A stretch of DNA of 64,000 nt from Nymphaea colorata (Eukaryota): NCBI RefSeq assembly GCF_008831285.2, contig NC_045138.2, positions 41,912,001-41,976,000 on the forward strand. Reading direction: 5' to 3'. Every line of letters starts with the position of its first letter. Within the stretch, counting starts at the first letter, position 1. The notes below the pieces were generated by a model. That model was not told the DNA's origin. It made no database searches and worked only from the letters and a program-made list of their open reading frames with translations. Positions 1 to 10,875 of this stretch are shown here, piece by piece. A program made the position numbers and the translations under genes.

Positions 1-894
1 CATTCTAGATTCTTGTAAAATGTTTGGGCTGTGTGAGAATGTAAAATCTCACCTCCCTTCCTCATTTCTCTTTTCCTGTTCTCTCTCTATCTTTCCTTTG
101 CTGAATCTGAACGTGGGTTATACTTCGACACCCAAAATCTTACAGTTAGGATTGTGATTATATCATTATAGTGTTACTTTCAGTTATTTTTCATAAATAA
201 TTGTACTTCTGTGATAATGGACTATTAGTAAAGGAATTTTAATCATTTTCTGGTCCTCTTATATATTTGACTTCTCTGTTGAATGTTGATAAAGAAAAGT
301 TAGCAACACAATCTCTCCTTTGTGAGCATCATGAAGGTATTCACCTGAACTCTTGCATCCCCCCTCTTCAACCATAATTAAGGTCTAAGGTGAAAAAGTT
401 TACAAGGTTCTAGAGCAGGTGTCAGGTGTGTTCCTTGGTACGGTCCAAATCTCTCTCTCTCTCTCTTTTTCTCTCTCTCTTGTGTCATTCATCATTTTCC
501 TCAGTTAGTGTACAAGCTCTTTATTAAGCTGCTTCTTCATCTGTAAGAAACAGATCTCAATCCTCTGGTCATCTGCCCATCCAGCCCCTCACATGCAGCA
601 TGATGCATTGCATTGTGCTGCGTGAGAGAGGGGCCGGATGGATAGATTGCCAAAAGATTTCAGTACATATAAATAAATGAATAAAATGGTCTACAGACAA
701 GGAAACTAGCAATACAATTGTTCACCAGTAATAAAAATAGAAACTCATGATTAACAAACTATGATTTTATCAATGATGCAGTAGAAAGAAAGCAATTGTT
801 TCTTGTTGCACCCAAGCTCACCCAAGAAACACCCAAGCCACACCTGTCATGACTCGGGTGCAGCAATCTTTTTGAAAAGTCAGTGTTACATAGA

Positions 895-1288
895 TCCAAA
901 GATATGACTACTTTATAAAAGAGAAGACAGAAGACCAAACAATGGAGACAAGATTTGTAGGATCATTAAACCAGGTTGCAGATATGATAACCAAGGGGCT
1001 TAGTAACGGTAGCTTATAGTTTTGAAGAATTTGTCCTTGATAAAATGGATATGTACAACTAGTGGGAGGCTGTTAGGATTGTGATCGTGTTATCTTCTGC
1101 AATTCTACAAAAATATTTGTATTTCTGTGGTAATCAAAACTGTGTAAATTCTAGTTATTCGCAATAACCCTAGTGAAAAGCCTTCTATATCTAATGTTAA
1201 TAAAGAAAGATCTAAGCACCTTCTCCCCTTCATCATGGTCCCTTTCTGGCATCCTTGTGAACTCTCTCTGCCTCTTCAGCCCTAAACA
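895..1288 (+). mobile_element. Old copia 3'-end relic: RNase H tail, PPT and LTR (1071-1288); a related LTR-like copy lies near 146-375
   Basis: QVADMITKGL-like codons near 972-1001, AGTGGGAGGC then TGTTAGGATTGTGAT...CA; GTTAGGATTGTGAT also occurs at 146. Confidence 0.55.
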
Positions 1289-1784
1289 AGGTAGTGTGCT
1301 CAAAAAGTATGCAACAGTTTATGAATATTTAAGGTGTCAGTGTTTTACGTGACCAGCCAATCTTTGTGGACAGAGCTGGATAGGCCTTGATACATGATAA
1401 TGGAGAAGTAAATGTTAGGAAAAGGTAAATGCTTGTTGCTAGTCCAAAAAGTGTTAAGATTGTACAAATTGGATCGGGTCTACAGACCCAATCCATCTTG
1501 CCCATATACCCAAACATAATGGGCGGTGGCATACTTGTAAATACTTGTTGTTTTTGTATTTACTTGTAACATACATTAGGTTATATTAATGACAAGGAGG
1601 AAGGGCCACGGTTCCTGCCCTCTTTTCTTCTCTCTCTCTATTGCACGTGCAGTCACCTTCTCTTCTTCTCTTCTCGCATCTACAAAGGATTCAATCCAGT
1701 GATTTGGCATAATATCTCAAAATCTTACATGGTATCAGAGCCAGGCTATTGCCACTGAGATTGTCCGGTAAGAAGTCTCATTAT

Positions 1785-1985
1785 CTGCCCTAATTTCTGT
1801 TTTCTGCCCCAACCCTAAAATCTCTGCGCTAATTTCTGTTTTTCTGCCCTAACCCTAAAATCCCTTGATCATTGCCCTACCCTAAAATCTCTACCCTAAT
1901 TTCTACCCTAACCTTAAAATCTTTGACCTAACCCTAAAATCCTTGATCTCTGCCCTTGTTCTTGACGTCTGCCCTAATCTAAAAT
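1785..1985 (+). repeat. Degenerate tandem repeat rich in CCCTAA/CCCTAAAA in the copia 5' leader
   Basis: About six variants of CCCTAACCCTAAAATC interspersed with CTGCCCTAATTTCT between the PBS and the gag ATG. Confidence 0.8.
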
Positions 1986-2066
1986 TCTCATTTTTCTGGT
2001 TGCTATCGTCTACCCTAGTATCTACTGTAAGCCTTCATCCTTATACGTTTAGCCTCAAAATCAACC

Positions 2067-5000
2067 ATGGACCATCACAGCCGCAATTCTTCCATATTGT
2101 CGTCAAGTTTCCTCTCTCAACTCATCTCCCAAAAGTTGAATCACACCAACTATTTGACTTGGAAACATCAAATAGTCCCTTCCATCAAGGGTCACCGTCT
2201 CTATGGGCATTTCTCAATGGCACCACACCTGCGCCACCCGAATGGATCGTGCGAGAGGTGAAGAATGCTGCAGGGCAAATTCAAGAAACCGTTACTGAAA
2301 TTAATCCTGAATATGAAACGTGGATGGCACATGATCAATCCCTCGTAGCATATATCACCTCTACATTGTCAGAAGAAGTTCTGGCGGGCGTTGATGATGA
2401 TCTTTCAGCATTGAAGTTGTGGAATGTACTCACTACCACGTATTCTCAAGTATCGGAAGCAAGATTTCTACAACTCAAGAGGCAATTTCAGGATATCAAG
2501 CGAGGAACACGTTCAGTTTTGGAATACATACATGAAATCAAAAATGTCAGTGACTAACTTGCAATCATTGGGCACCCAGTCAGTGACAAGGACAAGGTAC
2601 AGTAGGCTTTGAGTGGTTTGGGGTCAGATTTTGATGTTTTCTGCACTGCTTTAGAGGTATTACCTGTTCTTCCCTCCTTTGAAGACCTGAAAGCAAAATT
2701 GATTCAACATGAAGCAAGTCGTATACAACGACAAGAATTATTTCCTTCTGGCAGTCACAATGTGTTAGTCACCAGGACCCATGCTTTGCAAGGAAGCCGT
2801 CCTAGGGTTTGGAACTCACAGGCAGGCATGGAGAGAGGTATTCTTCCAACGCCAAATAGAAATGCTCAGGCAAATGTACCAAGAAGGATACCTACTTGCT
2901 TTTATTGCAATAAGAGAGGTCATGTGAAGTCAGAACGTTGGCATAACCCTCAAAACAAGAGAAAACAAGTCAAGCGTGACAATAAGGCAGCAGGATCAGC
3001 TGTATTGAACACGATTGCAGCATCAAACATTCCTTCTGATGTGCAACAGAGTTTAATGACAGCCTTGTCTAAAGTCAATATTAAGTAAAATGAAGAAGGA
3101 CAATGGTATGTGGATTCTGGTGCTGCAGCCCATGTGACCGGTGACGCAGGTAAGCTTTCTAGTGCTCTCCCTTATTTAGCTAAAGGCTCAGTTGTCACAG
3201 GAGATGGTTCCCATCACAAAATATCACATATTGGAAATGCACACATATCCATGGCTCATTCCTCCATACCTTTAAAGAATGTTCTTGTTGTTCCAAATGT
3301 CAAGAAAAATATCATTTTTGTGTCAAAGCTTATTGATGTTACTCATTCCTCTGTTGAGTTTACTCCTTCTTCTGTTTATGTCAAGGATGCTCGAACCAAG
3401 AAGACATTCGCTTAGGGTGTTCGCAAATGAGACATGTACGTCATTGAAGAAGCTCCAAAGGTGTCCAAGTCTTGTCTTTCAGATTCATCTTTTTCCAGTC
3501 ATAGTGAAGTCAATATAGCAGAGTATGACAAGCCATCCATTGGGCATGGTCGTTTAGCACATTGTAGTCAGTCTTTCATTCAAAGTCTTGTTGCAGACGG
3601 ACTATTACAAAAGTCTAGTCTAAGTCCAGTAAATGAGTCTAGCATGTGCTCAAGCTATCATATTTGTAAGAGTCATGCTCTCCCTTTTCAGTCAATAAAT
3701 AAGCGAGCTTCGAAGTTATTTGATACCATATATTCTGATGTTTGGGGGCCTGTTCCTATTTCTTCTTCTTCCGGGAGTAAATATTATGTTGTTTTTATTG
3801 ATTCTTATTCCCGTTACACTTGGATTCATTTCATGAAAAGAAAATCAGAGGTTTTCCGCTTGTTCACTCAATTCCATGCCTTGGTCCAAAACAAATACTC
3901 TAGTAATATCATGCATTTCCAATGTGATGGTGGTGGTGAGTTCATTTCAAATCATTTTACTGAGTATTTACTAAATCATGGGATCACTAGACAGATTTCA
4001 TGTCCACACACACCACAACAGAATGACATTACTGAAAGAAAACATAGACATATAGTTGAAAGTGCACTAAGTATGATGCATGACACAGATCTGCCCATGA
4101 ATTTGTGGACTGAAGCTTTTCATACTGTTGTTCATGTCATTAATCGACTGCCATTGTCTCTACTTGAAGAAAAATCTCATTTCCTTATTTTACACCAAGA
4201 ACAGCCAAATTATAATGAATTACGTGTTTTTGGGTGTGTTTGTTACGTACATGTTGATGTTTTCTTGAGAAATAAGTTTCAAGATCGAGCTGTTATGTGC
4301 AGATTTGTGGGTTATGCAGAAAATTATAAGGGCTATAGATGTTACAATCCAAAGACTGGGCGCGTGTATATTTCACGACATGTTGTTTTTGATGAACTTA
4401 GGTTGAATGATTTAAATGAGCCACATGCAACACTTAATGTAAGAGATGATGTATATGATTCATAGCTGAATGCTGAAATATTAGGCCAAGGCGCTGATAC
4501 ATTCCATGCACAAAGTGACAGAATTATTGATGAGTTCGAGACAGCCACAGATACTCAGTTGGACAGCACAGTTTCATCTACTCAGACCAACAACATGTCT
4601 TCACCTACTCGGTTCTCAGGAGTAATGTATACTCGACGATCAGTTCCAACAACTGCTCCAGAAACTGTCACTGCTTGTTCACGTAGCTCGAAACGTGTGC
4701 GGCACCCTATTGATAGATGGGTAAGTTATGATAATTTCTCTTTGGATTTTCAGCTTTTTATGACAAAATTGAGCAAAAAGGAAGAGCCAAAATGCTATGA
4801 ACATGCATGCAAAAGCTAATATTGGGTGGAGGCCATGAACGAAGAAATGGCTGCCTTGAATGAATGTCAAACTTGGGAGATTGTTCCTCGTCCAGATGGT
4901 AAGAATGTAGTGGGCTCGTCCAGATGGTAAGATGCTCAAAATGGGTTTACAAACTCAAGTACAAACCCGATGGCAGCATTGATAGATATAAAGCTCGACT

Positions 5001-6745
5001 TGTGGCTCCATGCTTCACTCAGCAGTATGGGGAAAATTATGATAAGACTTTCAGTCCAGTCATCAAGATGGGAACGATCCGTGTTATCATCTCTCTTGCA
5101 GTCTCACATGGATGAACTTTATATCAGTTGGATGTTGAAAATGCTTTCCTTCATGGCTTTCTAAAGGAAGAGGTATATATAGAACAACCCCCAGGTTATG
5201 CTACCAATGATCCAACTCAGTGGGTGTGCAAATTACAAAAATCATTGTATGGGCTTAAGCAAGCATCTCGCTCATGATTCGATAGATTTTCTCTTCATAT
5301 ACAGCAAGCTGATTTTCTCCGAAGTTCACTTGATCATTCCTTATTCATATATCATGCGGGTGAAGTTACCACTTGGCTACTCATATATGTAGATGACATA
5401 GTTCTTACTGGAAATTCTTCATGTCATATATCTCATGTGAAGGAGGTATTGAAACAAGAATTTAAGATGAAGGATCTCGACGAACTACGGTATTTCTTAG
5501 GTGTTGAGCTTGACAGAAAAGGTGACACATTAACTCTTACGCAGCATAAATATACTCTTGATATTCTGGATAGAGCAGGTATGACAAATTGCAAGCCCAT
5601 AAATACTCCTAGTGTTCTCAACACAAAATTGAATGTCTTTGATGGGAGTGATGTATACTCAAATCCTAGTTTCTATCGGAGTATAGTTGGCATGCTACAA
5701 CATCTCACCTTTACACAACCAGACATAGTATATGCAGTGAATCAAGTATCTCAGTTTATGCATGCAGCCACAGAAGGGCATATGAATGCTACCAAACACA
5801 TTTTGCGTTACCTTAAGGCTACTCTTGGGGATGGACTCGTTTACACAAGACAGTCAACTATTTTGAATGGACATAACATTTCCACCTACACTGATGCAGA
5901 TTGGGCAGGTGACCCAGACAATAGACGATCAGTTTCAGGTTATTGTCTCTTCCTTGATTCCAATCTTATTTGTTGGAGTAGCAGGAAACAACGTGCAGTT
6001 GTCAGATCCAGCACTGAGGCAGAATATAGGGCAATGGCAGGCACAGCTGAAGCCTCATGATTATGTCATCTGCATGGGAAACTCTCCCTTCCCATTGCTC
6101 AATCATCTTTATTCTGTGACAACCAAAGTGCGACCAAGATTGCTTTCAATCATGTTCTACATAATCGCACTAAGCATATAGAGATTGATCAACACTTCAT
6201 TCGTCAAAAGGTCGAGGAAACCGAGATTGTTCCTACTTATATAGCCACGTCTCAACAAGTGGTTGATCTTTTTACCAATGGGCTCACAGGGCACCGCAGA
6301 ATGATAAGAAACCCCCAAAAAACAGTATTGCAGAAGTCGTGTTATAGCAATAAACAAAGAAACAGAAGAGCCCTCACCAAGTGTCAGTACCTGTCTATGT
6401 CATATTGCTTTTGTTCAAAAATAGCACAATTCATAGTGTCATATTATTGCTGCAAATTGAGAAGGTGATTTTCATGGTTTCATAGTTGGAGATGTGATAG
6501 AAGTTGTTGGACCTATTGATGATTTCGCTTGGTTACAAAGATGAGAAAACAAGTCAACAAATGGAGCACCAGCAATTGCCAGTTCTAGTTGTGTATCATT
6601 TTCTTTATTACGCTGGCTTGTTATCATTCATGTGTATCTCTTTATTGCCTTGACCATTTTCATTTATAAATCAATACATTTCTGGAAATTGAAGAACAAG
6701 TTGTGCATGATCAAACCTCATACACAACTTGAGGGGGGCTGTTAA
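2067..6745 (+). pseudogene. Disrupted gag-PR-IN-RT-RNaseH polyprotein of the 1452-7018 copia
   Basis: Gag KLNHTNYLTW, zinc knuckle CFYCNKRGH, protease DSGAAAH, integrase SDVWGP, RT YVDD and RNase H DADWAG/AEYRAM. Multiple stops and frameshifts, plus an insertion at 6298-6679. Confidence 0.93.
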
Positions 6746-7645
6746 GATTGTACAAATTGGATTGGGTTTACAGACCCGATCCATCTTGCCCATATACCCA
6801 AACATAATGGGCGGTGGCATACTTGTAAATACTTGTTGTTTTCTGTATTTCCTTGTAACATACATTAGGTTATATTAATGACAAGGAGGAAGGGCCACGG
6901 TTGCTGTCCTCCTTTCTTCTCTCTCTCTATTGCACGTGCAGTCACCTCCTCTTCTTCTCTTCTCGCATCTACAAAGGATTCAATCCAGTGGTTTGGCGTA
7001 ATATCTCAAAATCTTACAAAAAGTGCATAATGTCAAAGTCAAAGCACATCTCTCAAAATTTGGGTTGTTGGCAACTGAATAGAGTTGCCAATATCTTGGG
7101 CACTTCTAGATATCTTGGATAAAAGTGCCAATGTATTGGAAACAAAATCTCTAGTTCATCACACATATCAAACTCCTTAGAGAAGGAGTTTCACATTTTG
7201 GGTATTTTAGATATGAAGTATCTAGCTTGGACACGACCAAAGAAGCACCCAAGTTACACCAATGATGGCTCAAGACATAATTGTTTCTGTAAAAGTCAAC
7301 TTCATGTCCTAAAGAGTACAGAGTTTTATAAAATACATTCACAATTAGAATTTACTTAAGGATAAACAGAAATGATTTCTTTCAAAACTTTTGAAGAATT
7401 AATAAAGTAAAAGCCTTAAAAATATAAAATCTTGGAAATACTTGAGAAGTTACGATTGTAAATTTTAAGAACCGCAATTTCAACAATGTCCGTCAATTTC
7501 TGACAGTGACTGAACATTATTTATGCCGAACCGAAATTGGATAAAGATCAGAACTTATTCTTTGACCTTAAAATCAAATAATTTAAGAGAAAATAGAACT
7601 GACTTTCAAGTAACTTGAAGTCTTGAAGTACTATATTGTACAAAC

Positions 7646-7759
7646 CTGTTGGAGAGCAAATTCTGTGATAGGCTTTACATCTCTTGCACCTTGATAATCA
7701 AGCGGTGGTTTGCCAGGAGAAAACACCTTGATTGTTGGAAAACCTTTAATTCCATACTC
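7646..7759 (-). CDS. PDIL2-3: PDIL2-3-like exon 3 (end of first thioredoxin domain); later exons lie left of the window
   Basis: Not in the ORF track. Reverse complement reads EYGIKGFPTIKVFSPGKPPLDYQGARDVKPITEFALQQ (GFPTIK cis-proline motif); 114 nt, TAG acceptor and GT donor. Confidence 0.93.
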
Positions 7760-8546
7760 CTACAAGAATATACAATGATTAGCCAAAAGAAGGAATCATA
7801 AACAAAAAAATATTGGACTAATGTTATGTTATATGAATGAGAAATGAGCGAATGAAACTACCACTAAATCGTCTGTAAAACCAACATCCAGAAAATTACT
7901 AGCAATTCAACATTAAACTACAAAAAAGGAAAATCAGCATAATCAGATCAGAAAGGATCATAAATCGACATTAAGTACCCCATCGTACAGCAAAGAGAAA
8001 AGGAGGAGAAATCAAGATCCTTCAATATAGCTGATGTAGGTGTAATTGTGGTTGATCATCCATAAGATGGAAATCAAATGAATACATACACATATATCAA
8101 TACATATATATTAATATACATATAGACACGTATACCAATATACATATAGACATACTACACTTACACATGCGTATTGGCCTGCATCAGCTGATATGCATCA
8201 TTTTGCCATCAAACTGCAATGTAATGGGGCACCATGTGGCCATATGGACGCAATAAATAGTATATCAACTCATATCAAGTGCTACAGCCCAACTTTTGAA
8301 AATTTGATAAAATTTATTTAAGAAAAGTTAAAGTAAAGGAATAAGAAAATCTTATTTTAGTGATAGCTAACATATAACGGCCAATATGTGGCATCCTTTA
8401 GAGTTTCAATATGGGATGGCATCCACTTTTATACATCCCTACTACATAGTTACATACATACACAGACACATACACATGCACAACTACCAGTGATATTTTG
8501 AGAAAAGATTCAATCAGAACACCCTATCTCCACTCTTCTGTATTTG

Positions 8547-8586
<40 letters not shown>

Positions 8587-8756
8587 TCTATGGATCATCT
8601 TCCTCCACGAGATGTTGGTGGCCAGCTCCCCCTATCAATCATCATCAATCACCAGCAGGTACAGATTTCCTTTTTGATATCTCTACAAACTCTCGGCGAC
8701 TGTTGAGAGTTTCACTTTCAGATTTCACCAACATAGGCTGAATTAATGGGAATATC

Positions 8757-8972
8757 TTCCAAAAGAATTACCTGGATTACCACCTGTTCGCGATGTCAAA
8801 TTTGCTATTGAACTTACCCTGGGAGCTCAACCTATTGCTATCGCTCCTTACAGAATGACTTCAACTATGTTAAAAGAGTTGAAAGTTTAGTTGCAAGAGT
8901 TGGTGGAAAAGAAATTTATTCCGCCTAACATGTCGCCATGGGGTGCTAAACTTAATCCTCACCATATGAAAT
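8757..8972 (+). pseudogene. Ty3/gypsy pol relic, left half (RT N-terminus fused to integrase C-terminal KLNP)
   Basis: FPKELPGLPPVRDVKFAIELTLGAQPIAIAPYRMT...ELKV*LQELVEKKFIPPNMSPWGA then KLNPH. Confidence 0.85.
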
Positions 8973-9521
8973 TGTTGACGTGTTTTGGCATGAATGGGTC
9001 CGCGTCTGGACCCGATCCGACCCAAAGTCCATGTTGAGTCCTATTTAAGTAAACTGTGTAACCCAAATTTAGAAGTGAATAAGAATTAAGAGAGATGGTG
9101 ACCGGCAGCTAATGGGTGCGGGAATCATCTCCTATCATCGTGGTTCCTCGTGTTGGGGGTTTTCCACGTTATATTTGTGTTCGTGTGTTTTTTTTGTTCA
9201 ACATGGTATCAAAGCTAGAAACAAACTTATAGACGTTGGAAACAAACTTAGCCTCGGAGATGGGGAACCCCTCTGTGAAGAAGCAAAGGGAAGATATCAA
9301 CGTCTTGTTGGGAAGTTGATTGATCTTACTCTTATTAGACCTAATATTACCTTTATTGTGAATGTGATGAGTCAGTTTATACATGCATCCATGGATGTTC
9401 ACTTAAAGACAATTAACATGATCTTATGTTACTTAAAGAGGAGTCTTGGCAAGATACCAAGAGATCCACCTCAAGTTACTGTATTTACTTGGGGGAAAAT
9501 CTCATGGTGTGGAAGAGTAAG

Positions 9522-10551
9522 CTAAGTCACCAGGTTGCGTTTTTTTTGCACTCGCACCCGCGTCGACGCGACGCAGGTGCGACCTAGATTTGCACCAGCA
9601 CAAGTCAAAGGTGAGTCGGCTGCAGTCAACCGCACCCGACTAAATAGTCATTTCTGGACGCGCACCCGAGTCACATCAAACGCAAGTCGGGTGCGGTCAA
9701 ACGGCACCAAGTCTATTTCGATCCAATTTTTGGGTTTTTTTTTGTTTTTTATTTTTAAGCAAATCGATAGGGCACAAGACTTTGTTCGCCCCTTGCCGCG
9801 GCTCTCTCTCTCTCTCCGCTGCGATTGTCTCTTCCACCGGCAGCTTCCTCTTCATTCGGTGACCGGCCTCCGCTGCTCCCATAGATTTCTACCTCCACCG
9901 ATGGCATCATCTCCATCTGTTGTCTGCTACTCTCTCCGATTTAGACAAACATACTTGTCTCTCCATCTGCTGCTTTTTCTCCATCTTCTTATTGATCGTG
10001 TCTCTTCGTCTGGTAAACTCTCTCTCTTACTCTTTGCAGCAGTGTGTCTTCGTCTGCTGATCGATCGTGTCTCTCCATTTTTTTCTTTTTATTATTTGAT
10101 TCTGATATTGCGCTTCGATTTTGATTTCTCTTTGTTCTATCTCGTCTCTCTCTGCAGCAGGCAACATAGCTATGTATATATACTTGGCTTATGTGAACAT
10201 CTAGCTTCTGTTTAATTCTTTAAGCCAGAGTACTGTTTGTGAGCTCTTAAAATGTGTTAATGAAACCGCCAGTTGTTTTTTTCTTGCCAGAGTATTGTTC
10301 GTTAGCTTTTGTTTAATTCTTTAAGCCAGAGTACTGGTTTCAATTATGCTACATTGAGAAAAATTGTGGAGCATCCTCTCTACTGTTTCTTATTTCTTTT
10401 GTTTTATATTGATGAAGTGAATATTTATTCTCTTATTTCCTTTCGTTATAAATTAATAATAATAATAATAAATACTCTCGTCGCACCGCCGCACCTAAAT
10501 TTTTTGAGATGTGTCGTGCCGGCACCTGCACCCCACACCTTCGTGACATAG
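9522..10551. mobile_element. Non-autonomous hAT-type element (MITE) inserted in RNase H of element A
   Basis: TIRs CTAAGTCAC...GTGACATAG, 8-bp TSD AGAGTAAG/GGAGTAAG, subterminal CGCACCCG repeats. Removal restores WKSKR*DICSRSNAEAEYR. Confidence 0.9.
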
Positions 10552-10875
10552 GGAGTAAGAGATAAGACATTTGCTCTCGCTCCAATGCCGAGGCTGAATA
10601 TAGAGTTGTGGCCATGAGTTATTGTGGCTGAAAGTGCTATTGACTGACATCGGACTCAAAACTGAGGGTTCAATGAAGATGTATTGTGATAACAAGTCTG
10701 CTATCAACTTGGCCAATAATCCAATGTTACATGATAGAACGAAGCATGTGGAGATTGATTGTTCTTTCATTCAGGAGAGAATTGGTGCTAAAGAGCTTGT
10801 TCTGTCCTACATGAAGTCTGAAGATCAAATAGCTGATGTACTAACCAAGGCCTCGCTATCTACTTCATTTGAGAG

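Larger units (their letters stand above)
1452..7018 (+). mobile_element. Full-length Ty1/copia LTR retrotransposon in PDI intron 3, inactivated
   Basis: LTRs 1452-1729 and 6740-7018 (TG..CA; about 10 substitutions and 1 indel by eye). AAAAG TSD on both sides, Met-tRNA PBS TGGTATCAGAGC at 1730, PPT before 6740. Confidence 0.97.

Noticed and set aside
9535..10215. 226-aa ORF
   Set aside because: Lies within the hAT MITE, low complexity, no recognisable domain.
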